A DNA stretch of 64,000 nucleotides from Parcubacteria group bacterium GW2011_GWB1_40_14 (GCA_000996085.1 LBYG01000001.1:651-64650); one strand, 5' to 3'; counted from the first letter of the stretch, positions 39,794 through 50,432 are shown. The notes: generated from the sequence alone by a model not told the origin. Numbers and translations are program-made.

Positions 39794-40732
39794 TTACTTC
39801 AACGCAATGCCTATAAGGTTTCTGTGTCCATTTGTAAAGCTCTTACCATCCGTAACTTCCGCGCCTTCTTTTTGTATTTTTTTAAGAATAATTGCTTCCT
39901 TACCGCAAGTAACTGCTGCCTGGCCATCGGCGGTCTCAAATATAGTGCCGGGCGCATAATCAAAGTTTTCTTTTAGTAATTCTGATTCCAATATTTTTAG
40001 TCTTTTGCCGTTAGGTAAAAAAGTAAATGTACCAGGCCAGGGATAATATGCGCGAATTGCACGCTCTAATTCCTGAGCCGGTTTTGTCCAATCAATTTTA
40101 CCGTCTTGCCGCAAAATTATTTTTGTATAAGTGGCTTCGGCATGAATTTGTTCTATGGGTTTTATCCTATTCTCAACCCATTTGGACAAAGTTTTAATCA
40201 TCATTTCTGAGGCAATAGAGGCAAGACGCCAATGCAGACTTTTATTTGTATCCGTTGCTTCAATATGTGTTTTTCCCTGAGCTATTATTGGTCCGTGATC
40301 CATTTGTTCATCGGCAAGAATAAGAGTAACGCCGGTTTCCTGTTCTCCGTTTAAAATAGCAGTTTGGATGGGGGAGGCGCCTCGATATTTAGGAAGTAGG
40401 GAAGGATGAACATTTATTGTGCCGTGAGAAGGAATATCCAAAATGGTTTTTGGGATAATTTTACCGTAAGCTGCCATTATAAACATATCAGCGCCAAAAG
40501 CGGATAATTCTTCAACAAACTTTTTGTTTTTAAGATCTTTCGGTTGTAATGTTTTTATGTTTGCCTGTTCTGCCCATTTTTTAATTGCAGATTTCTGTAT
40601 TTCATAGCCACGTCCGGCTGGCGTATCCGGAGCTGTAACGACGTCAACAATATTATATTTGGCACAGCGTAATTCATCCAAAATAGGAATTCCAAATTCC
40701 GAGGTCCCGAAAAATATAATTTTATTTATCAT
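39794..40732 (-). CDS. fmt: methionyl-tRNA formyltransferase
   Basis: FFGTSEF, INVHPSLLPKYRGASPI, MDHGPI. Confidence 0.96.
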   Translation of the reverse strand: MINKIIFFGTSEFGIPILDELRCAKYNIVDVVTAPDTPAGRGYEIQKSAIKKWAEQANIKTLQPKDLKNKKFVEELSAFGADMFIMAAYGKIIPKTILDIPSHGTINVHPSLLPKYRGASPIQTAILNGEQETGVTLILADEQMDHGPIIAQGKTHIEATDTNKSLHWRLASIASEMMIKTLSKWVENRIKPIEQIHAEATYTKIILRQDGKIDWTKPAQELERAIRAYYPWPGTFTFLPNGKRLKILESELLKENFDYAPGTIFETADGQAAVTCGKEAIILKKIQKEGAEVTDGKSFTNGHRNLIGIALK

Positions 40733-41234
40733 ATTCTTCGGATTTTATATAAATATGTAAACTTGATGGAAGTGCTTTGTCGATATAAAGAATGCCCTCT
40801 AAATGATCGGTTTCATGTTGAAAAACCCTAGCTAAAAGATCTGACGCTTTAAGTTTAAATTTTTCTCCGTTAATATCATAAGCTTCGAGCGTGACGGTTT
40901 TGGCTCTTTTTACCGTTCCATACATTCCTTTTACCGATAAACATCCTTCTTCTCCTGAGGTTTGTTTAAAAGAACGTTTCAATATCTTAGGGTTGATAAA
41001 GATATCTGAAGGAATCGCAATATCGGGAAATAAACTTGTTTCTATCAAAAAAATTCTTTTTGATTCACCTATTTGGGGAGCCGCTATACCAATGCCATCT
41101 AAAAATCGCATTGTGTCGCGCATAGTATCACAGAGATCTTTTAAGTATAAAAAATTGTCGTTCTTTGGTTTAACCGACAAGGACCGGTCTCTTAACGGAT
41201 AATTTGGCTCTTGTATGGTTTGAAGTGTTGTCAT
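40722..41234 (-). CDS. def: peptide deformylase
   Basis: GIGIAAPQIG, EGCLS, HETDH. Confidence 0.96.
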   Translation of the reverse strand: MTTLQTIQEPNYPLRDRSLSVKPKNDNFLYLKDLCDTMRDTMRFLDGIGIAAPQIGESKRIFLIETSLFPDIAIPSDIFINPKILKRSFKQTSGEEGCLSVKGMYGTVKRAKTVTLEAYDINGEKFKLKASDLLARVFQHETDHLEGILYIDKALPSSLHIYIKSEEYDK

Positions 41235-41235
41235 A

Positions 41236-43155
41236 TTACAAAATAGATTCGGGATTTACATCGATATCAAAATTAGCGGAAACAATTTTTTGCAGTTCAT
41301 CCTGAAGCGAAAAACTTAATTTATTTGAATCTGCTACATATTCTTTTATAAGAATATGCCATCTGTATTGATTTTTAATTTTACGGATATATGCGGGATA
41401 CGGTCCGATGATTTCAAAGCGTAAATTTCTTGATTTTTTCAGAATAGATAGATTTTCTGCGAGCTTTATTAAGCTTTCATGAGCAGAGGCTTCTTTTTTA
41501 TTATGTGTTGTTATTTTAATTAGTTTAGTATAAGGCGGCCAGGTAAGTTCTTTGCGCATTTGGAGTTCATCTTTGAAAAATGTCTCAAAGTCGTTTTGCT
41601 CTAAGGTATTTAGGATTTTTTGTTCTGCTCGATACGTTTGTATGACCAAAATCCCTCCAGATTTAACTAAGCTTTTCAATTTAATGATGGTGTCAAATAA
41701 TATTTCTTGCGCATTGAAATTGGGTATAGTTAGAAATTGATCAACTGCGACAATAGCAGCAATATCCACCGCTTTAATTTTTTCAGTTAAAGCCATTTTT
41801 GTTGCAATAAGTATACTGCTTTTTGTTCGGTTAAAATCCTCAATCACCCCAGCTTTATCTTTATCTGTTTTAACAGTACTTCCGTCAAAAAGAAAGATTT
41901 TGGCCTCAGGGAAAAACTTGTTTAAATATTCGGCTATTTTACTACTTGCCAACCCGATCGGTTTGAAGCGCCACCCACCGCAATTTGCGCATGTTTTAGG
42001 CGGGAGTATCATTTGTCCACAATGACGGCAAATCAGTTTATTTTGTTCGCTGTCTACTGAAGTATACAAAGCAAAAGGCGCGCTACATGCGGGACATTGT
42101 ATTATTTCTTCACAATCTTTGCACATAAGTCCGCTGGCCTCGCCTTTACGTGCAGATAAAATAATCACTCTTCCTCCCTTTTTAATGATTTTTTCCAGAT
42201 TATCAAGAAATTTAGGAGAAAACCTGTAATTGCTTCTGCGTTGTTTTTTATCAGTTAAATCCTCAATTCTAATTTTTAATTCTTTTTGTGCCGGTTCTCT
42301 AAAAAAATTATATATTTTTTCGGTTGATTCAGTTATGGATTCCAAAGACGGTAATTCTCCTCCAAAAATAACATCGCATTTGAGTATTTGTGCAAGAGCT
42401 AATGCGGTTTCTTTTGTATTATATTTCGGATGCTGGAGAGATATTTTATGAAGAATATTATTTTCATCTTCAATTATAATAAGTCCGATATCGCTTAGTG
42501 GAGCAAAAACGGCTTTTTTTGCTCCTATCAAAATTGTTTTTTTGGCGCTATATAGTTTAAGCCATAGTTCGTGCTGAGCTTTAGGATTTTTTGAAGATAG
42601 CATAACCGCGCGTTTCTTATTTGCGGGCGTAAGCTTTCTTGACACCTCAGTTTCTTGTTTTATTGTAGGTACCAATATCAGAACGTTTTGATCTTTTGAT
42701 AATTTTTCGGCAATTTGTTCGTTGTATTCTGTAAATCTGTCGGAGCCGAAAGCGTAATTACGTCTTTCTGTTGTTTCGGATTTTGTTTTGTTTATTTTGG
42801 GTATTTGTTTTGCCGCGTGCGCTACTTTTTGCAGATCTAAACCCGATAAAACAGACTTAAATACCAGTCCTTTGGGCGTGATATAATATTTCGACACCCA
42901 TTCAAGTAATAGTTTAGTATGTAACGGCAGAACCGGATTTTCTGATATAATAGATAGTATGGGTTTTAAATACGGGGGAAGAGGGTCGTTTTTTTGGTGC
43001 ATTTCTTTAACTATTGCCGGAAAACTTCTTTTTCCAAAAGGCACTAAAACCAATGAACTAGGCGCAAGATCAAGATTCGTTTCATAACTAAATATAGAAG
43101 AGTGCGGTCGGGGAATATATGTTAAGGGGATAACGTTTACTATCTTTTTAATCAT
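41236..43155 (-). CDS. priA: primosomal protein N' (degenerate helicase motifs)
   Basis: VLVPFG 3' binding domain, four CxxC, IQTY, WPPY, GPYPAYI; priA-def-fmt synteny. Confidence 0.9.
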   Translation of the reverse strand: MIKKIVNVIPLTYIPRPHSSIFSYETNLDLAPSSLVLVPFGKRSFPAIVKEMHQKNDPLPPYLKPILSIISENPVLPLHTKLLLEWVSKYYITPKGLVFKSVLSGLDLQKVAHAAKQIPKINKTKSETTERRNYAFGSDRFTEYNEQIAEKLSKDQNVLILVPTIKQETEVSRKLTPANKKRAVMLSSKNPKAQHELWLKLYSAKKTILIGAKKAVFAPLSDIGLIIIEDENNILHKISLQHPKYNTKETALALAQILKCDVIFGGELPSLESITESTEKIYNFFREPAQKELKIRIEDLTDKKQRRSNYRFSPKFLDNLEKIIKKGGRVIILSARKGEASGLMCKDCEEIIQCPACSAPFALYTSVDSEQNKLICRHCGQMILPPKTCANCGGWRFKPIGLASSKIAEYLNKFFPEAKIFLFDGSTVKTDKDKAGVIEDFNRTKSSILIATKMALTEKIKAVDIAAIVAVDQFLTIPNFNAQEILFDTIIKLKSLVKSGGILVIQTYRAEQKILNTLEQNDFETFFKDELQMRKELTWPPYTKLIKITTHNKKEASAHESLIKLAENLSILKKSRNLRFEIIGPYPAYIRKIKNQYRWHILIKEYVADSNKLSFSLQDELQKIVSANFDIDVNPESIL

Positions 43156-43183
43156 AATAGTATTGTAACATTTTACTAATTAT

Positions 43184-43978
43184 ATGGCGGATGCGCTAAA
43201 TCAATCAAAACTGGTCAAGATATTTTTGGGTGGCGTAGGTATTAATGCTATCAAAAAGCAAGAGGCGCTTGATTTTGCTAAAGAAGTTTTAAATGCCGCC
43301 AATCACAAGACTGTTTTTGTTGTAACTCCAAACCCCGAAATTATTGTTGAAGCTTTACGGAATCCCGAATTTTTTAACGTATTGAATAATGCGGATCTAT
43401 CTTTAGCTGACGGGATAGGTTTAAACATTGTATGTAAAATTTTTGGTCATTATAATATTGAAAGGATAACGGGTATAGATTTTGTTGAGCAGATGCTGAA
43501 ATTCTATAAAGACAGAACGCTTAACGTTTTTCTTGTGGGCGGTGAAGGTAATACCGCTCAACTAGCCGCACAAAAATTAAAAAAACGTTTTGCGTTGCAT
43601 AATTTTAGAGGAGCAACATTTGGACCGGATATTTTGCATGACGGCACGTTTAAACAAGATTATGACCGTAAAGAAATTATTAAAGAATTGGCTTATTTTT
43701 TTGCAGATATTATAGTGGTTGGTTTTGGCGCTCCCAAACAAGAATTGTGGATAAAAAAAAATATGAGTTATTTCCCGTCAGCAAAAATGATGATAGGTGT
43801 CGGCGGGGCTTTGGATGTTTGGGCCGGAAGCAAAATAAGAGCGCCTGGTTTTATCAGAGCTTTGGGCTTTGAATGGTTGTGGAGATTGATGACGGAGCCC
43901 AGACGCGTTAAGCGCATTTTTAATGCACTTATTATTTTTCCGGTTTCACTTTTGCGTCATGGAAATAAACATACATAA
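43184..43978 (+). CDS. WecB/TagA/CpsF glycosyltransferase
   Basis: VTPNPE, ADGIG, GFGAPKQE, RAP..EWLWRL..EPRR. Confidence 0.93.
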   Translation: MADALNQSKLVKIFLGGVGINAIKKQEALDFAKEVLNAANHKTVFVVTPNPEIIVEALRNPEFFNVLNNADLSLADGIGLNIVCKIFGHYNIERITGIDFVEQMLKFYKDRTLNVFLVGGEGNTAQLAAQKLKKRFALHNFRGATFGPDILHDGTFKQDYDRKEIIKELAYFFADIIVVGFGAPKQELWIKKNMSYFPSAKMMIGVGGALDVWAGSKIRAPGFIRALGFEWLWRLMTEPRRVKRIFNALIIFPVSLLRHGNKHT

Positions 43979-45383
43979 AGCAAAAAAAATTCATCTGGTG
44001 GGCATTAAGGGTGTGGGCATGACCGCTCTTGCCCAAATGCTTAAGGCTTTGGATAAAAATATTAGCGGTTCGGATAAAGAAGAGGTTTTCTTTACAGATA
44101 ATATTTTAAAACGATTCAAAATTAAAGTATTTAAAGGGTTTTACGTAAAAAATATTGATACTGATACCGATTTAATAATAAGCTCTGCTGCTTATATACG
44201 GAAAAAAGGCAATACATTTTTGGGTTCCGGTCCAGGTACTAAAATTATTAATTATGCCATCTCAAAAAACATTCCGGTATTGTCATATCCGGAAGCCATT
44301 TCTCAGCTTTTTAACAAAAGTTTCGGAATAGCGGTTGCGGGAACACACGGCAAATCGACAACAAGCGCTATGGCAGCGGTGATGTTGGAGCATTGCCGCA
44401 AGGATCCGCGCGCAATTATCGGAACAAAAGTATTGAATTGGCAGGCAAATGCACGCGTTTCTCAAGCCTCATTACAACGAACGCCTTTTGTTCTTGAAGC
44501 GGATGAATATAGGGATGCGTTTTTAAATTATTATCCCCACGTTATATTGCTTACAAATATTGAATGGGATCATCCCGACTATTTTTCAAATAACGCGATA
44601 TATAAAAAATCATTCTTAAAATTTTTAAAGAATTTAGATAAAAGAGGTTCATTAATATATTGCGCTGACGATCCCGGAGCGACTGAAATTGCTGAAAAAA
44701 ATCAAAACGTACCTATGTTAAGTTATGGTTTTAGTTTAGAAAGCCGATTGCGCATAATTTCTGAAAAGGGGAGCAGTAAAGGGACAAATTTTAGTCTTGT
44801 TTTGAACAACGAAAATATAGGATATTTCAATATAAAACTTTTTGGCAAGCATAACGTTCTCAACGCTACTGCCGTTGTGGCCCTTGGAATTATTTTGGGG
44901 TTGCCGGTTAAAAATGTGCGTAAGGGTCTGGCGGCGTTTAAGGGCACTGCAAGACGCTTTGAAGTGATCTCATATCGACCAAATATAATTGTTGATGACT
45001 ATGCGCATCACCCCACAGAAATTTCAGCAACTATTTCTGCGGTAAAGAAGGCTTGGCCGGATAAAAATATCGCTGTATTGTTCCAACCGCACACATTTTC
45101 GCGCACCCGAGCGTTGTTTGGAGGTTTCGTTTCTGCGTTAAAGAATGCGGACAGATCATTTATCTTAGAAACTTATGGTTCTGCGCGAGAAAGGGCAGTA
45201 AAAAATAAAACAGCAAAAAAACTTGCCAAAAAACTGAATTCGTTGTATTTTAATAATATCAGTACCGCGCAAAAAAAACTGCCTAAAGTTTTAGGAGATA
45301 AAGATGTTCTTATCACAATGGGTGCAGGTGATGTGTGGCGCGTAGGCGAAATTTTAAAAAAACAAAAATTTCAAAAGAGGTAA
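43959..45383 (+). CDS. murC: UDP-N-acetylmuramate--L-alanine ligase
   Basis: GIKGVGM, GTHGKST, EADEY, DDYAHHPTEI, FQPHTFSRT. Confidence 0.95.
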   Translation: MEINIHKAKKIHLVGIKGVGMTALAQMLKALDKNISGSDKEEVFFTDNILKRFKIKVFKGFYVKNIDTDTDLIISSAAYIRKKGNTFLGSGPGTKIINYAISKNIPVLSYPEAISQLFNKSFGIAVAGTHGKSTTSAMAAVMLEHCRKDPRAIIGTKVLNWQANARVSQASLQRTPFVLEADEYRDAFLNYYPHVILLTNIEWDHPDYFSNNAIYKKSFLKFLKNLDKRGSLIYCADDPGATEIAEKNQNVPMLSYGFSLESRLRIISEKGSSKGTNFSLVLNNENIGYFNIKLFGKHNVLNATAVVALGIILGLPVKNVRKGLAAFKGTARRFEVISYRPNIIVDDYAHHPTEISATISAVKKAWPDKNIAVLFQPHTFSRTRALFGGFVSALKNADRSFILETYGSARERAVKNKTAKKLAKKLNSLYFNNISTAQKKLPKVLGDKDVLITMGAGDVWRVGEILKKQKFQKR

Positions 45384-45388
45384 ATAAT

Positions 45389-45571
45389 ATGTCAGGACCA
45401 GAAAAACAATTCCGAGAAAATGATTGGACCGCCGATCAGCTTAAGCGAGGTGAAATAGTTATGACTCCGGAAGAAATGGAAGAATATCAAAAAGAAAGGA
45501 AACCGCATCCGGATAGTTTTGGCGGAGATATAGATCCAGAAGAAGAAAAGCCACGTATAGACGAAGAATAA
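45389..45571 (+). CDS. small acidic hypothetical protein
   Basis: SD agaggt before ATG 45389; followed by a terminator. Confidence 0.6.
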   Translation: MSGPEKQFRENDWTADQLKRGEIVMTPEEMEEYQKERKPHPDSFGGDIDPEEEKPRIDEE

Positions 45572-45582
45572 AAAATCATTTC

Positions 45583-45621
45583 AAAAACCGTCTTTTGATA
45601 ATTCAAAGACGGTATTTTTTT
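45583..45621 (+). terminator. rho-independent terminator
   Basis: accgtcttt..aaagacggt followed by a T tract. Confidence 0.7.
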
Positions 45622-45623
45622 GC

Positions 45624-45678
45624 TTGACATCAACAATTAAATAAAGATATAATCATACATGTAGGATTTGTAGGAATT
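45624..45678 (+). promoter_or_regulatory. promoter with a putative operator
   Basis: TTGACA-N18-TATAAT, then gtaggattt/gtaggaatt direct repeats. Confidence 0.6.
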
Positions 45679-45685
45679 TATATAT

Positions 45686-45931
45686 ATGGAAGAAATGCAA
45701 AATCAAAAATTTTACGGAACCACAACCCTTGGCGAGAAGGGTCAAGTTGTTGTTCCTGCAGAAGCAAGGACCAGTATGAAACTTGGTAAAGGAGAAAAAT
45801 TACTCGTTTTTGGTATGGGTGAGGATATGCTTATACTGTCTAAAATATCAAATCTTGAAAAATTTGCTTCACATTTAGCAAAAAAAATGGAGGTTATTCA
45901 GAATATTATCGATAAAACTACTAAAAATTAA
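45686..45931 (+). CDS. AbrB/MazE/SpoVT-family regulator
   Basis: GEKGQVVVPAEAR..LGKGEKL. Confidence 0.9.
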   Translation: MEEMQNQKFYGTTTLGEKGQVVVPAEARTSMKLGKGEKLLVFGMGEDMLILSKISNLEKFASHLAKKMEVIQNIIDKTTKN

Positions 45932-45939
45932 TTTACTGT

Positions 45940-47523
45940 ATGAAAAAACGAATTATTTTTTTTGGTTCAATTGGGTTTATTATTTTGGTGGGTGTTGGTT
46001 TGGGACTGATCACACAAACCAAAAAGTCTCTTTATGAATTTGTTAATGTTCAGCGCGGAACGCTTGTTGAACGCGTACTCGCAACAGGAACCGTTAAAAA
46101 ATCCGATGAGATCTCTTTAGCATTTGCAGCCAGCGGACGGGTTAAATTAATTTCGGTTAAAGTTGGCGAGCATGCAGAGACAGGAAAAGAATTTGCCCGT
46201 CTTGATACCGCTTCAATTGAAGCGCAAATCCGTAATGCCGAGGCGGCTTTTGATGTGGCAGAAGCCAATTTAATTAAAGCGCAAGCCGGAGCTTCGGCTC
46301 AGGATATTGCGGTTGCCGAAGCCGCTGTTATAGCCGCAGATGTTGCATTACAAAATGCTATTATTGCCGCAATAAAAGCGCTCGAAAAAGAATATCTTGA
46401 TGCATATAATTCTATTCAAACAGTTAAAGCAAAAGCAGACGGAGCAATTCAGGAAATGGATAATTATTTTGAGCCTTGCGGCGGAACTCAATGTTGGAGC
46501 AATTGGGGCAATTTTTATACGACCATAGAAGCGATCCATAATGCAGAAGTAAAAAAAGTTGCCGCAGATGCAGCACTTTTACGCGTTAATGCAACAATTT
46601 CTTCGGTGACAAGCGCTTCGGCAACAACGTCTATTGATTCAGCATTTATTTCGTTGGCTAGTGATCTTGCAATAATTCGTGCCGGAGCACAAGCAACTTA
46701 TGATGCGCTACAGACCGGGACTCAAAAAACGGCAGTTCAAGCAAAGATTATTGATCTTGATACAATAAGTGCAACTTTACGCAACGATGAACAGACAATA
46801 ATCTCAGTTAAATCTTCAAACGATTCAAGTATCCGTACAGCAGAATCAAATTTGGCTACAACTAAAGCTCAATTGGAACAAAAAAAGGCACCTGCGCGCG
46901 CTGTAGATCTTGAACCCTTAAGGGCTCAGGCTTTGCAAGCAAAAGCAAGCTTGGATTCAGCTCGGGCAATCCTTGATAACTCAATCATTAAAGCGCCGCT
47001 TGACGGTATTGTAATAGATATTCTTGTTAGCCGGGGTGAAATTGCTGGAGCAACCGGAACAGCGATAAAATTTTTGCCTGACGCACCATTTACAATTGAA
47101 TCAAACATACCCGAAGCTGATATTGCCGATCTGACTTTGAACGATCCTTTAGCTATAACTTTGGATGCAGTTAAAAATATTGAATATCAGGGAAGGATCA
47201 TCAGCATTGATCCGGCATCAAAAGATGTAGGCGGCGTAGTAACATATCGTGTAACTACGAGTATTGAAGATGGAGATGAAAGAATAAAAACCGGTATGAC
47301 GGCAAATTTGGATATAAAAACAGATCGCCGCGAGAATGTACTTTCTGTCCCGCAAAGAGCAGTTATAGAGCAAAACGGAAAGCGCTACGTTAGAATATTG
47401 AACGACAAACAAGTAGAAAATATTGAAGTTGTCGTAGGTATTCGTTCGGCAGACGGACTTATTGAAATTAGATCCGGGGTTAATGAAGGTACTGAAATAA
47501 TCAGTTTTGTTCGTGCTCAATAA
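45940..47523 (+). CDS. efflux periplasmic adaptor (MacA/HlyD-like)
   Basis: SGRVKLISVKVGE, long coiled coil, IKAPLDG, GMTA. Confidence 0.9.
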   Translation: MKKRIIFFGSIGFIILVGVGLGLITQTKKSLYEFVNVQRGTLVERVLATGTVKKSDEISLAFAASGRVKLISVKVGEHAETGKEFARLDTASIEAQIRNAEAAFDVAEANLIKAQAGASAQDIAVAEAAVIAADVALQNAIIAAIKALEKEYLDAYNSIQTVKAKADGAIQEMDNYFEPCGGTQCWSNWGNFYTTIEAIHNAEVKKVAADAALLRVNATISSVTSASATTSIDSAFISLASDLAIIRAGAQATYDALQTGTQKTAVQAKIIDLDTISATLRNDEQTIISVKSSNDSSIRTAESNLATTKAQLEQKKAPARAVDLEPLRAQALQAKASLDSARAILDNSIIKAPLDGIVIDILVSRGEIAGATGTAIKFLPDAPFTIESNIPEADIADLTLNDPLAITLDAVKNIEYQGRIISIDPASKDVGGVVTYRVTTSIEDGDERIKTGMTANLDIKTDRRENVLSVPQRAVIEQNGKRYVRILNDKQVENIEVVVGIRSADGLIEIRSGVNEGTEIISFVRAQ

Positions 47524-47528
47524 AATTT

Positions 47529-48245
47529 ATGTTAATTGAACTACAGGACGTTAAGAAAACTTTTGATGAAGGTGAAAGTGCCACTCATGCGTTGCGTGGC
47601 ATTTCGTTATCTATAAATAAAGGAGAGTTTGTTGCAATAATGGGCGCTTCAGGATCGGGGAAATCAACCCTTCTTCACATATTAAGTTTTCTTTCCCGTC
47701 CGACTAGCGGTCGGCATTTTTTCGACGGCAAAGATGTGAGTAATTTTTCTCTGATGGATCTGGCAAATTTACGAAATAAAAGCGTCGGATTTGTTTTTCA
47801 ATCGTTTAATCTTTTAGCCCGGGCAACAGTTTTAGAAAATGTAGAATTGCCTATGTTGTATGCCAATATCCGGCCAAAAGAACGACGACAACGAGCGCTG
47901 ATTGTTATTGAACGGCTTGGTTTAGGGCACAGAACAAAACATCTTTCAAATCAACTTTCCGGAGGAGAGAAGCAAAGAGTTGCTATTGCGCGCGCTTTAG
48001 TAAATCAACCCGAAGTGATTTTTGCTGATGAGCCAACAGGGAATCTAGATTCATCATCCGGAGAACAGTTGATGGGGGTTCTTGAAGAATTACACGGTGA
48101 AGGCAAAACAATTGTTCTTATAACTCATGAAACATATACCGCCGCATTTGCCGAAAGAATTATTCACATAAAAGACGGCTTGATAGAAGCCGATACTGTT
48201 GTTGAAGAACGTCATTCGATCAAAGATCATAAATTTATAAAATAA
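47529..48245 (+). CDS. MacB/LolD-type ABC ATP-binding protein
   Basis: [26 protein letters not shown]. Confidence 0.95.
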   Translation: MLIELQDVKKTFDEGESATHALRGISLSINKGEFVAIMGASGSGKSTLLHILSFLSRPTSGRHFFDGKDVSNFSLMDLANLRNKSVGFVFQSFNLLARATVLENVELPMLYANIRPKERRQRALIVIERLGLGHRTKHLSNQLSGGEKQRVAIARALVNQPEVIFADEPTGNLDSSSGEQLMGVLEELHGEGKTIVLITHETYTAAFAERIIHIKDGLIEADTVVEERHSIKDHKFIK

Positions 48246-48246
48246 T

Positions 48247-49485
48247 ATGGGATTTTTTGATCTGATTAAAACATCACTAGCGAGCTTGAACGCAAACCGT
48301 TCCCGTTCAGTATTAACTATTTTGGGTATTGTAATTGGCGTTGCCGCAATAATGCTTGTAATGTCTTTGGGTGCGGGCGCGCAAAACCTTATTCTTCAAC
48401 AGCTTCAAGCAATAGGCTCAAAAACAATAGCGATTATTCCGGGAAGAGAACCTAAAGGTCCGACAGATTTCCTTTCCGCTTTTTCGGATTCACTAAAAGA
48501 ATCGGATCTTAAACAGCTTAAAAATCCTGCAAATGTTCCTCATGCCGCAAGGGTTATACCGATGGTATTTGGAAGCGAGGTTGTATCTTATAAAAACGAT
48601 ACTTATCAGACAACTATTTTTGGTTTCACCGAACACTATGCGCCCTTGTATGATCTTTATCCAAGAGAGGGTCAGAATTTTACTGCAGATGATGTTGAGA
48701 GTTCGTCCAGCGTTATTGTAATCGGTTCAAAAGTTAAGGAAGAACTTTTTGGAAATAATGAAGCGGTGGGGGAGAAGTTACGCATTAAAGGTACGACTCT
48801 CCGTGTTGTCGGTGTATTACCCAAAAAAGGTGGCGCATCTTTTATTAATTTTGACAATGCGATTTTGGTTCCCTATACAACCGCACAGAATTATATTTTT
48901 GGTATTAAATATTTTAATCGCATTATTGTTGAAACCGATGAAGAAATTAATGTTCCGGTCACTGAAATTGATATTATATCAACCCTTCGTAATGCACATA
49001 ATATTACCGATCCAGATAAAGACGATTTTTTTCTTGAAACACAGGCCGGAGCCATGGAAACCGTAAGCGCCATAACAAGCGTGATGACATTATTTGTTGC
49101 AGCCGTAGCCGCAATATCGCTACTTGTCGGCGGAGTTGGAATTATGAACATCATGCTCGTATCTGTTACTGAACGGACCCGAGAAATAGGTTTACGTAAA
49201 GCGGTTGGAGCAACCGATAGAGATATAATGCGTCAGTTTTTGCTTGAAGCCATGACACTTACAACGCTGGGAGGAGCGCTTGGGATAATCATAAGTACTT
49301 TGCTTGGTCTGATTATTTCTGTTGTGCTTTCCAAGGCTCTTAATGCGACATGGACATATACATTTCCGGTTGTTGCAATGATCATCGGACTTTTTGTCGC
49401 AGCAGGAATAGGAATTATTTTTGGTCTATATCCGGCACGCCGCGCAGCAAGACTAGATCCCGTTGAGGCTTTAAGATACGAATAA
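48247..49485 (+). CDS. MacB/FtsX-type ABC permease
   Basis: GIMNIMLVSVTERTREIGLRKAVGA, PARRAARLDPVEALRYE. Confidence 0.95.
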   Translation: MGFFDLIKTSLASLNANRSRSVLTILGIVIGVAAIMLVMSLGAGAQNLILQQLQAIGSKTIAIIPGREPKGPTDFLSAFSDSLKESDLKQLKNPANVPHAARVIPMVFGSEVVSYKNDTYQTTIFGFTEHYAPLYDLYPREGQNFTADDVESSSSVIVIGSKVKEELFGNNEAVGEKLRIKGTTLRVVGVLPKKGGASFINFDNAILVPYTTAQNYIFGIKYFNRIIVETDEEINVPVTEIDIISTLRNAHNITDPDKDDFFLETQAGAMETVSAITSVMTLFVAAVAAISLLVGGVGIMNIMLVSVTERTREIGLRKAVGATDRDIMRQFLLEAMTLTTLGGALGIIISTLLGLIISVVLSKALNATWTYTFPVVAMIIGLFVAAGIGIIFGLYPARRAARLDPVEALRYE

Positions 49486-49539
49486 AGATATTCATATCAT
49501 GTCGCAAAAGGTATATTGTGCGAAGTATCATCACTATAG

Positions 49540-49575
49540 AAAAAGGCTAAGGAGACTTGTCCCCTTAGCCTATTT
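49540..49575. terminator. bidirectional terminator
   Basis: aggctaagg..ccttagcct. Confidence 0.6.
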
Positions 49576-49909
49576 TGTTTGCCACTTTGGGCTGCCATCT
49601 GATATTTACTTTATATGTTTTAATCGCGTCTTCAGGAAAGCCGTTTTTTCTAGGATCAAACGCTCGACCGGGAACCCAATTTCTGTCCGATGGCGTAGGA
49701 ATTCTTATATACTCAGCAATCCTATCGGACAGTCCTTCCCAGCTATACCCATGAGGATGACCGATCTTTAGAAAATATTCTGCGTGACCATAAATAGGAT
49801 GGTCTTCTATGCTAATAATTAACACCGCTTCCCATAGTTCTCGTGCGGTACCGGAATCTCCAGGGATTCTTTTTCTGTATTCTTTACATGCGCCTAGACG
49901 AGTTTTCAT
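49565..49909 (-). CDS. hypothetical protein
   Basis: SD gggag, 114 aa, ends in the terminator hairpin. Confidence 0.55.
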   Translation of the reverse strand: MKTRLGACKEYRKRIPGDSGTARELWEAVLIISIEDHPIYGHAEYFLKIGHPHGYSWEGLSDRIAEYIRIPTPSDRNWVPGRAFDPRKNGFPEDAIKTYKVNIRWQPKVANKIG

Positions 49910-50002
49910 TTCTAGACTCCCTAAAGAAATGTTAAATATCTAAGTTAATTACTATATAGAATTATCTGCACAAAAAAGCAATACTTAAAACTAGTATTTA
50001 CG

Positions 50003-50374
50003 TCAATAGCAACTTTTTGCCATGGTATATCCTACAGATTCAGCCTCTTCTTTGGTGCCAAACCATATCATATTTTCTTCTGCTATCCTAAATGCACCGG
50101 GGCATTCCAGAGGGTAATACTTTTCTCCGCTTTTGGACGCTACATAGGCTTCTTGAGCCTGTTTTTGGCCATTTTTGGGGGCATTAATGACCGAATTATC
50201 CCCCGTTTTAAGGGCTTCTTGAGGAATATTTTTTATAGTTAATTTGTCTTTTTTGGGTTCTGTAAGAATTAAATAACTATATAAAACAATATTTGCTATA
50301 GCTAAAGTGCTTAAAATAGCGATCCAAAAATTTTTACTGATATTAAATTTTTGATTAAGATTTAAATCTCTCAT
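50003..50374 (-). CDS. membrane-anchored protein with an Ada metal-binding-like domain
   Basis: YVASKSGEKYY..C..I..EN.IWF...EEA...GY....SC. Confidence 0.75.
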   Translation of the reverse strand: MRDLNLNQKFNISKNFWIAILSTLAIANIVLYSYLILTEPKKDKLTIKNIPQEALKTGDNSVINAPKNGQKQAQEAYVASKSGEKYYPLECPGAFRIAEENMIWFGTKEEAESVGYTMAKSCY

Positions 50375-50432
50375 AATTACGTCGCACAATATATTCTATG
50401 TTTTGTTCAACTATGAATATCTCATTTACAGG

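Noticed and set aside
40490-40506. tccgcttttggcgct in fmt as another in-frame palindrome
   Set aside because: Too short and degenerate, and no apparent length insertion in Fmt
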